From IMG/VR virus record IMGVR_UViG_2711768053_000019: DNA of 55,142 bases; one strand, written 5' to 3'. This DNA is from a virus (Duplodnaviria; Heunggongvirae; Uroviricota; Caudoviricetes). Positions 8,091 through 18,393 of the stretch are shown here, in pieces (position 1 is the stretch's first letter; each line of letters starts with the position of its first letter). Both the position numbers and the translations under genes were made by a program. The notes below the pieces were generated by a model. The model saw only the letters and a program-made list of their open reading frames with translations, did not search any database and had not been told where the DNA came from.

Positions 8091-9020
8091 ATGGCAAACA
8101 CTGCTGAGATATTCAATTTTCCAGTGCCGGATGTGGCACAAAAGGAGCGGCGCGTGGCAGATCTCGACGATGGTTATACGCGCATTGCAAATGAGTTGCT
8201 GGAAGCTGTGATGCTGGCCGGATTAACACAGCACCAGCTTCTGGTCTTCCTGGCTGTCATGCGCAAAACATATGGCTTTAATAAAAGACTGGATTGGGTG
8301 AGCAACGAGCAACTTTCCGAATTGACCGGGATATTGCCGCACAAGTGTTCTGCTGCAAAAAGCGTTCTGGTAAAGCGTGGGATTCTTATTCAGAGCGGGC
8401 GGAATATCGGCATTAATAATGTGGTCAGTGAATGGTCAACATTACCCGAATCAGGTAAGAAAAATAAAGTTTACCTGAAAGAGGTAAATTTACCTGAATC
8501 AGGTAAGAAAAGTTTACCCAAATCAGGTAAAGGCGTTTACCCGAATCAGGTAAACACAAAAGACAAACTAACAAAAGACAATATAAAACCTTTTTCGTCC
8601 GAGAATTCTGGCGAATCCTCTGACCAGCCAGAAAACGATCTTCCTGTGGTGAAACCAGATGCTGCAATTCAGAGCGGCAGCAGGTGGGGGACAGCAGAAG
8701 ACCTGACCGCCGCAGAGTGGATGTTTGACATGGTGAAGACCATCGCGCCATCAGCCAGAAAACCGAATTTTGCAGGGTGGGCTAACGATATCCGCCTGAT
8801 GCGTGAACGTGACGGACGTAACCACCGCGACATGTGCGTGCTGTTCCGCTGGGCATGCCAGGACAACTTCTGGTCCGGTAACGTGCTAAGTCCGGCCAAA
8901 CTCCGCGACAAGTGGACCCAACTCGAAATCAACCGTAACAAGCAACAGGCAGGCGTGACAGCCGGAAAATCAAAACTCGACCTGACAAACACTGACTGGA
9001 TTTATGGGGTGGATTTATGA
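8091..9020 (+). CDS. O: Replication initiator O (lambda O-like), about 309 aa
   Basis: MANTAEIFNF...VADLDDGYTRIANELLEA resembles recalled lambda O N-terminus; GGGAGG SD; internal iterons encode the LPESGKK repeats. Confidence 0.85.
   Translation: MANTAEIFNFPVPDVAQKERRVADLDDGYTRIANELLEAVMLAGLTQHQLLVFLAVMRKTYGFNKRLDWVSNEQLSELTGILPHKCSAAKSVLVKRGILIQSGRNIGINNVVSEWSTLPESGKKNKVYLKEVNLPESGKKSLPKSGKGVYPNQVNTKDKLTKDNIKPFSSENSGESSDQPENDLPVVKPDAAIQSGSRWGTAEDLTAAEWMFDMVKTIAPSARKPNFAGWANDIRLMRERDGRNHRDMCVLFRWACQDNFWSGNVLSPAKLRDKWTQLEINRNKQQAGVTAGKSKLDLTNTDWIYGVDL
8442..8553 (+). repeat. Replication origin iterons inside O (five copies of TTACC(C/T)GAATCAGGTAA-like 17-mer) followed by AT-rich stretch
   Basis: Copies start at 8442, 8471 (degenerate), 8490, 8514, 8537; each is an inverted repeat TTACC...GGTAA; AT-rich region 8554-8600. 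Confidence 0.75.
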
Positions 9021-9718
9021 AAAACATCGCCGCACAGATGGTTAACTTTGATCGTGAGCAGATGCGTCGGATCGCCAATAACATGCCGGAACAGTACGAC
9101 GAAAAGCCGCAGGTACAGCTGGTAGCGCAGATCATCAATGGTGTGTTCAGCCAGTTACTGGCAACTTTCCCGGCGAGCCTGGCTAACCGGGACCAGAACG
9201 AACTGAACGAAATCCGCCGCCAGTGGGTGCTGGCTTTCCGGGAAAACGGGATCACCACAATGGAACAGGTTAACGCAGGAATGCGCGTAGCCCGTCGGCA
9301 GAATCGACCATTCCTGCCATCACCCGGGCAGTTTGTTGCCTGGTGCCGGGAAGAAACATCCGTTACCGCCGGGCTGCCAAACGCCAGCGAGCTGGTTGAT
9401 ATGGTTTACGAGTATTGCCGGAAGCGTGGCCTGTATCCGGACGCAGAGTCTTATCCATGGAAATCAAACGCGCACTACTGGTTGGTTACCAACTTGTACC
9501 AGAACATGCGGGCCAATGCGCTGACTGACGCGGAATTACGGCGCAAGGCTGCCGATGAACTGACCTGTATGACAGCGCGAATTAACCGTGGTGAGACGAT
9601 ACCTGAACCAGTAAAACAACTTCCTGTCATGGGCGGTAGACCTTTAAATCGTGCACAGGCTCTGGCGAAGATCGCAGAAATCAAAGCTAAGTTCGGACTG
9701 AAAGGAGCAAGAGCATGA
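9017..9718 (+). CDS. P: Replication protein P (DnaB helicase loader), 233 aa
   Basis: MKNIAAQMVNFDREQMRRIANNMPEQYDEKPQVQ... matches recalled lambda P; ATGA overlap with O. Confidence 0.95.
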   Translation: MKNIAAQMVNFDREQMRRIANNMPEQYDEKPQVQLVAQIINGVFSQLLATFPASLANRDQNELNEIRRQWVLAFRENGITTMEQVNAGMRVARRQNRPFLPSPGQFVAWCREETSVTAGLPNASELVDMVYEYCRKRGLYPDAESYPWKSNAHYWLVTNLYQNMRANALTDAELRRKAADELTCMTARINRGETIPEPVKQLPVMGGRPLNRAQALAKIAEIKAKFGLKGARA

Positions 9719-9835
9719 AAGACAACTGTGTTAAGTTCTCGTTAACATTAGGGGTAACATAGGGAGTATAAGATAGTGGAATGCATCATTTTATTGTTGC
9801 GAAAATGATCGAACCAACTGGATATCGTGTATCAT

Positions 9836-11809
9836 ATGGAACCGATGATAACTTTCATGGAATGTCTCGGTATATATATGAAAATTAGACCACAGCAGCA
9901 CCTAATTAACATCCTGACTTCAACCAAACAACATCATCCAAATTTTACTCTTTTTCTTGGTGCAGGTGCTAGTATCTCAAGTGGTGTTGATAGTGCTGGT
10001 GGGATGATAAGGCGCTGGAGAGATGCTTACACTCTAATGTATGGAGAAGATGCTCTCAAAAAACAAGTTTGGTACGATAAAGATAATGAGTATTCAGAGC
10101 TTTTTGAAGCATTATATGATCAACCAACTCAAAGAAGAGAATTTATTGAAAGTTGTATTACCGCAGCTAAACCATCTTGGGGATACGTTTATCTCACAAA
10201 TCTATTGGATAAAGGCCATTTTAATACAATTTTTACGACTAACTTCGATGATTTAGTCAATGAAGCTTGCTTTACCTTTTCTAATAATCTGAGACCAATA
10301 GTGTGTGCCCACGATTCAAGTATCAACAGCATACGTTTAACCACAGCTCGGCCAAAAATAATAAAATTACATGGTGATTTTTTATTTGACAATATCAAGA
10401 ATACTATAAGGGAGCTTGAGTCACTTGAAGATAACATGAGGGCCAAATTTAGACAGTTTGCAACTGAATTTGGCATGATCGTTATTGGGTACTCGGGACA
10501 CGACCGTTCAATTATGGATACTCTCAATACGTTATTGCATTCCGGTAGTTGTTTTCCTCATGGGATTTATTGGTGTATCCGTGACTCAGACACTGAAAAA
10601 CTTTCTGAGCAACTTAAAAATCTGGCCCGCTTTCCTCATTTTCATCTTATTAAAATTAATGGATTTGATGAGTTCATGGCTGAATTACATTACGCATTAG
10701 GCTGTAATTTGCAGCAAGAGGTAGTAGAGCCATACTCTGCATTATCTAATAAACTAGATAGATATTTCTCTATAGCTGAAGAAGATGACGCAGATGTCCA
10801 GCATGAGATTATTAAAAGAGATATGAATAATCTTGCTGATCATGTCAGGAGAGTGAATACAGTAAGCCAGTTTGTAAAAAAAATAAAAGTACTTCTTTCA
10901 GAGAAAGACTCATCGTTAGATGATAATTCGATCACTAAATCTTTAGAAATAATGTTAAAGGAAACTAAATTTGCTGGTTCTCCTGAGGGGATTCATTTTT
11001 ATAATACCCCCAATTATTTGATTGCAAACTCTGCATTTCGTGCTGGAGAGTATAATGAATGTGTAGAATATGCTACTAAACATCTGGCTAATGGGAAATC
11101 TCTCGAAACAGAAGTATTAATACTTCGTTCCTATATTCATTTGGATAATGATTCTGAAATACAAAAGTCAATAGAAAGAATAACAAGTTATAACAAAATG
11201 AATGATGGTGAAGTTGGCAAGCTTGTAAATGGATTAGTGGACTTAATGGATGCTAAAAAATTCAAAATTGCGAATAGCCTTATGGACATACTTGAATCCC
11301 GAACAATACCGTCTAAACATAAGCAGTTATTGCTTATAAATAGAGTTCTTTGCAACAAATTACAAAAGCAGCCGCTTTCAGCAAAACAGCAACAAGAGCT
11401 TGAGGAAGTGCTGAATGAAGTGATAGATAAAAACGAAGCTTGGCTTGCTCTGGGGGCTGCTATACTTTTAGAAAAATGGGACATTGCTGAAGAAGTGCTA
11501 TCAGCATTAGATGAAACTGAGATAGTTACAATATTGACGCAATCAATGCCGATTTTTGACTTGATTTCTACAGAGTTTTATGAAAAGGTCAAGCTAGTAG
11601 CTATAGAGCGTGGTTATAACGTTTCATTCGAAGAAGAAACGGAGTTACCAGAGGTTGTTCCTGCTGAGGATGAGACTCAAAGTCTCAGTCCTGATGTGAG
11701 AGAAATACCTACAGATAAAAAGAAAGCCATAACTCACAAATCAGCAGACAATGATGAGGCATTTGATGGATTACGCACTGGCGAAGAAAGTATAAGCAAA
11801 CCAGCTTAA
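9836..11809 (+). CDS. SIR2-like domain protein with long helical C-terminal region (about 657 aa); candidate single-gene anti-phage NADase
   Basis: LFLGAGASISSG, FTTNFDD, IKLHGDF and VIGYSGHD align with conserved SIR2/ThsA-type motifs (GAGxS, TNYD, HG); no clear SD so start 9827-9875 is uncertain; region visibly AT-rich. Confidence 0.7.
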   Translation: MEPMITFMECLGIYMKIRPQQHLINILTSTKQHHPNFTLFLGAGASISSGVDSAGGMIRRWRDAYTLMYGEDALKKQVWYDKDNEYSELFEALYDQPTQRREFIESCITAAKPSWGYVYLTNLLDKGHFNTIFTTNFDDLVNEACFTFSNNLRPIVCAHDSSINSIRLTTARPKIIKLHGDFLFDNIKNTIRELESLEDNMRAKFRQFATEFGMIVIGYSGHDRSIMDTLNTLLHSGSCFPHGIYWCIRDSDTEKLSEQLKNLARFPHFHLIKINGFDEFMAELHYALGCNLQQEVVEPYSALSNKLDRYFSIAEEDDADVQHEIIKRDMNNLADHVRRVNTVSQFVKKIKVLLSEKDSSLDDNSITKSLEIMLKETKFAGSPEGIHFYNTPNYLIANSAFRAGEYNECVEYATKHLANGKSLETEVLILRSYIHLDNDSEIQKSIERITSYNKMNDGEVGKLVNGLVDLMDAKKFKIANSLMDILESRTIPSKHKQLLLINRVLCNKLQKQPLSAKQQQELEEVLNEVIDKNEAWLALGAAILLEKWDIAEEVLSALDETEIVTILTQSMPIFDLISTEFYEKVKLVAIERGYNVSFEEETELPEVVPAEDETQSLSPDVREIPTDKKKAITHKSADNDEAFDGLRTGEESISKPA

Positions 11810-11845
11810 TAATTGAACAGTGATTAACTGAGAGTGAAGGGGCTT

Positions 11846-11929
11846 ATGAAGCAGAAAAATATCAACAACCAAAGCAGAATTTCTGAAGAAAGTAAGAAAA
11901 AAATCAAGGAAATGCTTAAAAAACAATAA
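11846..11929 (+). CDS. Small Lys-rich ORF (27 aa) co-transcribed downstream of the SIR2 gene
   Basis: Hand-translated MKQKNINNQSRISEESKKKIKEMLKKQ; GAAGGGG SD 5 nt upstream; ends 6 nt before terminator. Confidence 0.25.
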   Translation: MKQKNINNQSRISEESKKKIKEMLKKQ

Positions 11930-11935
11930 ATTAAA

Positions 11936-11958
11936 AGACCCCGCAAGGGGTCTTTTAA
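11936..11958 (+). terminator. Intrinsic terminator after SIR2 gene
   Basis: AGACCCC-GCAA-GGGGTCT stem-loop followed by TTTTAAT. Confidence 0.6.
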
Positions 11959-12540
11959 TAACTATTGGCCAGTTTTTAATGAAATCATGCTTAATACAAT
12001 GTGATTTTTTTCACTTGTCGTAGTGCCGATCTGATTGCCATCGTCACAGGTACTCAGTAGCGAAAAAATACGTCTACTGGGTACCAATTATCCTCAATGA
12101 GAAGTGCAGCGCGCTCTAATAAAAAGGTGATTCACCGACAGCGAACTTTGTACACTCGCTTGGTTATGGCGAGCAGGTGATGCTAACCGCCTGCCAGAAT
12201 GTCACTCCACTTCCTCAAGTATCTGAGCGACGTGAAGCCGGTGGCTTGACTTACATCGAGCAAAAATATTTCCTGGCTCACAATAGGGTGCGAGCAATCG
12301 ATTCAGAACGGTATTAGAGCTGCTAATGATCCTTCATATTGCGCCTAAATCCACAAAATTGATTTTCAATAATCAACCCGCCATAATCATCTCATCGGAG
12401 CCTGAACAACTCCGGTGACTTCTGCGCTAAACGGGGACGTTTATGCGCACACACAATCCAAACTCACTTCTCCCGTCACAGATGCAGAAATGCACCTGCA
12501 ATTCTTTGCATCTAACGTTTGACCTCTGCGGAGGTGAAGC

Positions 12541-12996
12541 GTGAACCTCTCACAAGACGGCATCAAATTACATCGCGGCAACTTCACCGCTATCGGCCAG
12601 CAGATCCAGCCTTATCTGGAGGAAGGCAAATGCTTTCGCATGGTGCTTAAACCGTGGCGAGAGAGACGCAGTCTTTCCCAGAATGCACTCAGCCACATGT
12701 GGTACAGCGAAATCAGTGAATACCTCATCAGCAGGGGGAAATCGTTCGCTACCGCAGCATGGGTAAAAGATGCTCTCAAACACACATACCTCGGTTATGA
12801 AACCAAGGACCTGGTTGATGTCGTAACCGGCGAAATCACTACTATCCAGTCGTTACGCCATACCTCCGATCTTGATACCGGAGAGATGTATGTCTTCCTG
12901 TGTAAGGTTGAAGCCTGGGCGATGAATATTGGCTGTCACCTGACTATTCCGCAGAGCTGCGAGTTCCAGCTGCTGCGCGACAAGCAGGAGGCGTAA
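12541..12996 (+). CDS. ninB: NinB-family protein (YbcN-like), 151 aa, GTG start
   Basis: [23 protein letters not shown] resembles the NinB RSLDQN...W motif; GGAGGT SD before GTG. Confidence 0.65.
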   Translation: MNLSQDGIKLHRGNFTAIGQQIQPYLEEGKCFRMVLKPWRERRSLSQNALSHMWYSEISEYLISRGKSFATAAWVKDALKHTYLGYETKDLVDVVTGEITTIQSLRHTSDLDTGEMYVFLCKVEAWAMNIGCHLTIPQSCEFQLLRDKQEA

Positions 12997-13166
12997 TGGC
13001 TACACCGCTTATTCGTGTCATGAACGGACACATCTACAAAGTACCAAATCGTCGTAAGCGTAAACCTGAGCTGAAGCCATCCGAAATACCAACACTGCTC
13101 GGATATACCGCCAGCCTGGTTGATAAAAAATGGTTGCGACTGGCAGCAAGGAGGAATCATGGCTGA
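12996..13166 (+). CDS. ninE: NinE-like small protein (56 aa)
   Basis: Hand-translated [56 protein letters not shown]; TAATG coupling to ninB; similar in pattern to recalled lambda NinE. Confidence 0.5.
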   Translation: MATPLIRVMNGHIYKVPNRRKRKPELKPSEIPTLLGYTASLVDKKWLRLAARRNHG

Positions 13167-13449
13167 TTTGAGAAAAGCAGCGCGTGGTCGGGAATGCCAG
13201 GTAAGAATCCCTGGCGTATGTAATGGCAACCCTGAAACGTCTGTACTGGCATATATCCGGCTGGCTGGATTGTGCGGCACCGGTATTAAACCGCCAGACC
13301 TGATTGCCACCATTGCATGTTCTGCCTGCCACGACGAAATCGATCGCCGCACGCATTTTGTCGATGCTGAGTACGCAAAAGAATGCGCGCTGGAAGGTAT
13401 GGCGAGAACGCAGGTTATCTGGCTGAAAGAGGGGGTAATCAAGGCGTGA
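13159..13449 (+). CDS. ybcO: YbcO-like (DUF1364) putative nuclease, 96 aa
   Basis: [31 protein letters not shown]... with Cys cluster; matches my recollection of DLP12 YbcO. Confidence 0.65.
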   Translation: MADLRKAARGRECQVRIPGVCNGNPETSVLAYIRLAGLCGTGIKPPDLIATIACSACHDEIDRRTHFVDAEYAKECALEGMARTQVIWLKEGVIKA

Positions 13450-13808
13450 ATACTTACCACATCACATTACCCTGGCCTCCGAGCAATAATCGCTATTACC
13501 GCCATAATCGCGGGCGCACGCACATCAGCGCAGAGGGGCAGGCATACCGCGATAACGTCGCCCGAATCATTAAAAACGCAATGCTGGATATCGGCCTGGC
13601 TATTCCTGTGAAAATCCGCATTGAGTGTCACATGCCGGATCGCCGTCGCCGTGACCTGGATAATCTGCAAAAAGCTGCTTTTGACGCACTTACCAAAGCA
13701 GGTTTCTGGCTGGATGATGTTCAGGTCGTTGATTACCGCGTTGTGAAGATGCCTGTTACCAAAGGTGGGAAGCTGGAACTGACCATCACTGAACTGGGAG
13801 ATGAATGA
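13446..13808 (+). CDS. rusA: RusA Holliday-junction resolvase, 120 aa, GTG start
   Basis: [37 protein letters not shown]...[22 protein letters not shown] matches recalled RusA. Confidence 0.85.
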   Translation: MNTYHITLPWPPSNNRYYRHNRGRTHISAEGQAYRDNVARIIKNAMLDIGLAIPVKIRIECHMPDRRRRDLDNLQKAAFDALTKAGFWLDDVQVVDYRVVKMPVTKGGKLELTITELGDE

Positions 13809-13903
13809 TGTTTGAGTCTTATATGGCAGAACGTCTTCGCCGCCGCTGGGCGCGCCTGCGCTTATATCGTTTTATTGATTTTTGCTGGCAATTGGCGTGC
13901 TAG
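13805..13903 (+). CDS. Small ORF (32 aa) between rusA and Q, ylcG-like position
   Basis: Hand-translated [32 protein letters not shown]; ATGA overlap with rusA stop. Confidence 0.3.
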   Translation: MMFESYMAERLRRRWARLRLYRFIDFCWQLAC

Positions 13904-13926
13904 CCTGATTTTTGTGGGGAAAGTTG

Positions 13927-14310
13927 ATGCGTGATATTCAGATGGTTCTTGAGCGTTGGGGGGCATGGGCGGCTAATAACCACGAGGATGTAACCTGGTC
14001 ATCCATTGCTGCCGGTTTTAAGGGATTAATTCCTTCAAAAGTAAAATCTCGCCCGCAATGTTGTGACGATGACGCGATGATCATTTGCGGGTGCATGGCC
14101 CGTCTGAAAAAGAACAACAGCGATTTGCACGATTTATTAGTAGATTATTATGTAGTCGGTATGACATTCATGTCACTGGCAGGTAAGCATTGCTGCTCTG
14201 ATGGTTATATCGGGAAAAGGTTACAGAAGGCTGAGGGTATAATTGAAGGGATGTTAATGGCATTAGATATCCGGTTAGAGATGGATATCGTTGTTAATAA
14301 CTCTAATTAA
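13927..14310 (+). CDS. Q: Late antiterminator Q (QuuD / phage-82-type), 127 aa
   Basis: [56 protein letters not shown]... recalled as Q of DLP12/82 type. Confidence 0.8.
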   Translation: MRDIQMVLERWGAWAANNHEDVTWSSIAAGFKGLIPSKVKSRPQCCDDDAMIICGCMARLKKNNSDLHDLLVDYYVVGMTFMSLAGKHCCSDGYIGKRLQKAEGIIEGMLMALDIRLEMDIVVNNSN

Positions 14311-14449
14311 TATGCCAATTGTTTACTAAAAATTATTAAAAATGGGGCGTTGCAACGCCCCCAAAAATAAAGGGTAATATATAACAGAAGGTTTATATAG
14401 TTAGAAGCAAGGTTGTGCTCCTAAAGGAAGTGGCTTGAGGGAGCCACTT

Positions 14450-14490
14450 ATATGTTGGGGAGGCAAAGCCTCCCGCAACATATCTTTTTC
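14450..14490. terminator. Strong palindromic hairpin between Q region and porin 3' end (candidate tR'-type / convergent terminator)
   Basis: ATATGTTGGGGAGGC-AAA-GCCTCCCGCAACATAT followed by CTTTTTC; a second perfect palindrome GGGGCGTTGCAACGCCCC lies at 14344-14361. Confidence 0.4.
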
Positions 14491-14499
14491 GTAATCAGA

Positions 14500-15597
14500 T
14501 TAGAACTGGTAAACCAGACCTACAGCAACGATGTCATCAGTGCTTACACCGAGTGCTTTAGTGAAGTCATTTTTGTCAAGCAGGTTGATTTTGTAATCAA
14601 CGAAAGTAGACATATTTTTGTTGAAGTAATAGGTTGCACCTACATCAACATATTTGACTAAGTCCTGATCGCCCCATACTCCAAGATCCTTACCTTTAGA
14701 TTGCAGGTAAGCAACGGACGGACGCAGACCGAAATCGAACTGATATTGTGCAACAGCTTCGAAGTTTTGAGCTTTATTAGCAACGAAGTGATCAGCAAAT
14801 ACAGTCATATTCTGGGTTTCAGAATAGGTAGTGGCCAGGTAAATGTTGTTAGCGTCATATTTCAGACCTGCGGCCCAAACTTCTGCATTTTTACCGGAAG
14901 CAAATACTTCAGGAAGAACTTTCCCTGCATTAACTTGAGTGTCGGTACGATCAGATTTTGCATAAGTTGCACCGATACCGAATCCTTCGTATTCATAGGT
15001 AGCAGAGAAACCGAAGCCATCACCGTTACCTTCGGTGTAGTTATCGAAATCGCTACGATCGTTTTTGCCTTGGTACTGAGCAGCAAAGTTCAGACCATCA
15101 ACCAGGCCAAAGAAGTCGTTGTTACGATAGGTTGCAACACCAGTGGTGCGACCAGTCATGAACACATCTGTTTGGGTCCAGGTATCGCCACCGAATTCTG
15201 GCAGAACGTCAGTCCACGCACCGATGTCGTATGCTACACCGTAGTTACGGCCGTAATCGATGGAGCCGTAGTCACCGAATTTCAGGCCAGCGAAGGCAAG
15301 ACGGGTTTTATCTTTGGAGGAACCTTGAGATTCAGCGCGGTTGCCTTTGAATTCATATTCCCACTGACCGAAACCAGTCAGTTGATCGTTGATTTGGGTT
15401 TCACCTTTGAAGCCAAGACGGGCATAAGTAGTATCACCATCATCTGCATCATTAGAGGAGAAGTAGTGCTTAGCATTAACTTTCCCGTACAGATCCAGCT
15501 TGTTACTGTCTTTATTATAAATTTCAGCTGCCTGAGCAGACATCGCCATCAGTACTGATGCAGCTACAGCAGAAATTGCCACTGTTAATTTTTTCAT
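14500..15597 (-). CDS. nmpC: OmpC/OmpF-family outer-membrane porin (NmpC-like), 365 aa
   Basis: Signal peptide [24 protein letters not shown]-terminal ...VGLVYQF beta-barrel terminus; opposite strand to phage late genes; AT-rich upstream region 15598-16170. Confidence 0.85.
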   Translation of the reverse strand: MKKLTVAISAVAASVLMAMSAQAAEIYNKDSNKLDLYGKVNAKHYFSSNDADDGDTTYARLGFKGETQINDQLTGFGQWEYEFKGNRAESQGSSKDKTRLAFAGLKFGDYGSIDYGRNYGVAYDIGAWTDVLPEFGGDTWTQTDVFMTGRTTGVATYRNNDFFGLVDGLNFAAQYQGKNDRSDFDNYTEGNGDGFGFSATYEYEGFGIGATYAKSDRTDTQVNAGKVLPEVFASGKNAEVWAAGLKYDANNIYLATTYSETQNMTVFADHFVANKAQNFEAVAQYQFDFGLRPSVAYLQSKGKDLGVWGDQDLVKYVDVGATYYFNKNMSTFVDYKINLLDKNDFTKALGVSTDDIVAVGLVYQF

Positions 15598-16026
15598 CGT
15601 GAGCCCTTTTTTTTGAACTATTATTAAAAAATGATGTCACTGCGCGATAGATATTCATCTAATCAATATGATTATTTCAAGATGTAAGTTTTGGTTTCTC
15701 GTTTGATTTGTGAAGTAGATCTCTATTTTTATCTGAACTTTTTTCTATCGAATCCTATTCATGGCTCTTGGCTGAATAAAAATAAATCTATTAGCCAATT
15801 TATATTAACGGTTGTTATTTATAAGTGCTCTATGATTTGAAGGTTCAATTTAAATCGGCTAAAAATAACACTAGAAATTATTTGTTGGTTATTTGTTGAG
15901 ATTTGCTTATGTATTTGTAGTGGTGTTTTCAATACTCGGTAGCATTCTCGCAAATATCATTTAGTGGTTTACGTACGTAAAAAATTGGTTATGCTGTTAA
16001 GAGTGGTTACTTCGTCACACAGCTTA

Positions 16027-16050
16027 AACCCGCCGTCGAGCGGGTTTTTC
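16027..16050 (+). terminator. Intrinsic terminator-like hairpin upstream of lysis cassette
   Basis: ACCCGC-CGTCGA-GCGGGT followed by TTTTT. Confidence 0.4.
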
Positions 16051-16170
16051 CATTTTTTGAGTCTCGATATTAGCTGATAACCCAATACCTGAGTTATTCA
16101 CTGACTCCGAGTCTGTTACGTTTCGTAGTATTCCCTCAATTTACACCCGCTTTGTCTGCGAGGTGGGGTT

Positions 16171-16386
16171 ATGAAATCCATGGATAAGTTAACAACGGGT
16201 GTCGCCTATGGCACCTCAGCAGGTAGTGCCGGTTACTGGTTTTTACAGCTGCTCGATAAAGTCACGCCCTCACAGTGGGCAGCAATAGGTGTGCTGGGTA
16301 GCCTGGTATTTGGCCTGCTGACGTACCTGACAAACCTTTATTTCAAGATTAAAGAAGATAAGCGCAAGGCTGCGAGAGGTGAATAA
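16171..16386 (+). CDS. S: Holin (class II, phage 21 S-like), 71 aa, with MKSM dual-start motif
   Basis: Two predicted TM segments, charged C-terminus [11 protein letters not shown]; GAGGTGGGG SD. Confidence 0.8.
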
Positions 16387-16883
16387 TGCCTCCATCATTA
16401 CGAAAAGCTGTTGCTGCTGCTATTGGTGGCGGGGCTATTGCTATAGCATCTGTGTTAATCACTGGCCCAAGTGGTAACGATGGTCTGGAAGGTGTGAGAC
16501 ATAATCCTTACAAAGACATAGTTGGTGTATGGACTGTATGTTACGGGCATACAGGAAAAGACATCATTCCCGGTAAAACGTATACCGAAGCAGAGTGCAA
16601 AGCCCTCCTGAATAAAGACCTTGCCACTGTCGCCAGACAAATTAACCGGTACATCAAAGTCGATATACCGGAAACAACGCGCGGCGCTCTTTACTCGTTC
16701 GTCTACAACGTGGGTGCTGGCAATTTCAGAACATCGACGCTTCTTCGCAAAATAAACCAGGGTGATATTAAAGGCGCATGTGATCAGCTACGGCGCTGGA
16801 CATACGCTGGCGGTAATCAATGGAAAGGACTGATGACTCGCCGTGAGATTGAGCGTGAAGTCTGTTTGTGGGGGAAACAATGA
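16386..16883 (+). CDS. R: SAR endolysin (T4-lysozyme-like muramidase, phage 21 R-like), 165 aa
   Basis: N-terminal Gly/Ala-rich signal-anchor-release segment [18 protein letters not shown]; catalytic-region-like [25 protein letters not shown]; TAATG coupling to holin. Confidence 0.85.
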   Translation: MPPSLRKAVAAAIGGGAIAIASVLITGPSGNDGLEGVRHNPYKDIVGVWTVCYGHTGKDIIPGKTYTEAECKALLNKDLATVARQINRYIKVDIPETTRGALYSFVYNVGAGNFRTSTLLRKINQGDIKGACDQLRRWTYAGGNQWKGLMTRREIEREVCLWGKQ

Positions 16884-17317
16884 GCAGAGTAACCGCGATT
16901 ATCTCCGCTCTGGTTATCTGCATCATCGTCTGCCTGTCATTGGCTGTTAATCATTACCGTGATAACGCCATGACCTACAAAGAACAGCGCGACAAAGCCA
17001 CATCCATCATCGCTGACATGCAGAAGCGTCAACGTGACGTAGCAGAACTCGATGCCAGATATACAAAGGAGCTTGCTGATGCTAACGCGACTATCGAAAG
17101 TCTCCGTGATGATGTTTCTGCTGGGCGTAAGCGGCTGCAAGTCGCCGCCTCCTGTGCAAAGTCAAAGACCGGAGCCAGCAGCATGGGCGATGGAGAAAGC
17201 CCAAGACTTACAGCAGATGCTGAACTCAATTATTACCGTCTCCGAAGTGGAATCGACAGGATAACCGCGCAGGTTAACTACCTGCAGGAGTACATCAGGA
17301 CGCAATGTCTGAAATAA
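16880..17317 (+). CDS. Rz: Rz i-spanin
   Basis: N-terminal TM ([18 protein letters not shown]) then coiled-coil periplasmic domain; ATGA overlap with endolysin. Confidence 0.75.
   Translation: MSRVTAIISALVICIIVCLSLAVNHYRDNAMTYKEQRDKATSIIADMQKRQRDVAELDARYTKELADANATIESLRDDVSAGRKRLQVAASCAKSKTGASSMGDGESPRLTADAELNYYRLRSGIDRITAQVNYLQEYIRTQCLK
17079..17264 (+). CDS. Rz1: Rz1 o-spanin lipoprotein embedded in +1 frame within Rz
   Basis: [10 protein letters not shown] lipobox followed by Pro-rich [13 protein letters not shown]; exact start uncertain (17052-17082). Confidence 0.55.
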   Translation: MLTRLSKVSVMMFLLGVSGCKSPPPVQSQRPEPAAWAMEKAQDLQQMLNSIITVSEVESTG

Positions 17318-17349
17318 TTTTTTTGCAAATCACAAAGTCCATTTAATGA

Positions 17350-17407
17350 GCCTCGCGATGCGGGGCTTTTTTGCAATAAATGCGTACCGCAACGCATGTT
17401 TTTTTTT
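17350..17407 (+). terminator. Tandem intrinsic terminators after lysis genes
   Basis: GCCTCGC-GAT-GCGGGGC + T6 (17350-17372) and ATGCGT-ACCGCA-ACGCAT + T9 (17380-17407). Confidence 0.5.
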
Positions 17408-17522
17408 ACACCGAACCTGCCCCTTTGGAATGGGCCTTTGAGGATACCAGTTAGTGCTGGCGAGCCTCGGTGGGCTGGTTTCCTGTGCGGCAAAGGTTCA
17501 TTTCAAATGGTAGGTAAACGTT

Positions 17523-18044
17523 ATGAATATCGTGCCACTTAATTACAAAGGTGAAATTGTCAGTTTCAACACTGATGGTTGGATCAACGTCACAGGTGTT
17601 GCTGAGAGATTTGGGAAACGCATTGATAACTGGATGCGTTTGGCAGAAACGCTTGAATACGTTCGTGCTTTAGACGAAGCGTTGACCGGGAAAGAATCTC
17701 AAATTTTACATCCCTCACAATCGAGGTATGTAAAAACCAGCAAGGCACGAAAGGACAGGGGTGGTGGTACGTGGCTACATCCAAAACTTTCAGTTGCATT
17801 TGCCCGTTGGTGTGATGCTCGTTTTGCTGTGTGGTGCGACCTGCACATTGATAGTCTGCTTCGCGGTGAACTGACTGAGCAGCAGAAATATGAGCAAGCA
17901 TGTCGCATTCGCGATGACCGGAAATCAAAAGCCAGCAATGGGGCAAGAGAGATGGCTCGCTGGCGATGGGATAAGCCGGTTATTGAAGCAAATGTTGAGT
18001 ACTGGCGCGAGCAACTGCAGTTGACTCTCGATATCGCGTGCTGA
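17523..18044 (+). CDS. KilA-N domain protein (173 aa)
   Basis: WLHPKLSVAFARWCDARFAVW signature of KilA-N DNA-binding domain. Confidence 0.7.
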   Translation: MNIVPLNYKGEIVSFNTDGWINVTGVAERFGKRIDNWMRLAETLEYVRALDEALTGKESQILHPSQSRYVKTSKARKDRGGGTWLHPKLSVAFARWCDARFAVWCDLHIDSLLRGELTEQQKYEQACRIRDDRKSKASNGAREMARWRWDKPVIEANVEYWREQLQLTLDIAC

Positions 18045-18393
18045 TGGCAAACGCAAAACTGCGTTATCGAAAAAATCAAAGCATTACTAGAACTGAGCAA
18101 CGGCTATCCATTACAAAGCCCATCTACGGGTGGGCTTGATAATGGCTTATACCCTGCACGGGATAACTTAACTGATATCCCTTTTAACGGATAAAGGCAT
18201 TCAAGCCTGACACATCATGCGCTGTATCGTCGCCGTATTCCCGTATTAACAGAGACCGTAGCCCGACGGGGAACTCCTTCTGCGCGAGTGTGCGGGAATA
18301 ATCAAAAACGATGCACACCGGGGTTACCGGGTACACATATTTCATCATGCCAGCGAGTCCGGTTCTGGCACGGAAGAAACCGGACGTTATGAT

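Noticed and set aside
8442-8553. Possible CRISPR array (short repeats with spacers)
   Set aside because: Repeats are 17 bp inverted-repeat iterons with 6-12 bp spacers inside the O coding sequence; this is a lambda-type ori, not CRISPR. No CRISPR array was seen elsewhere in the window.
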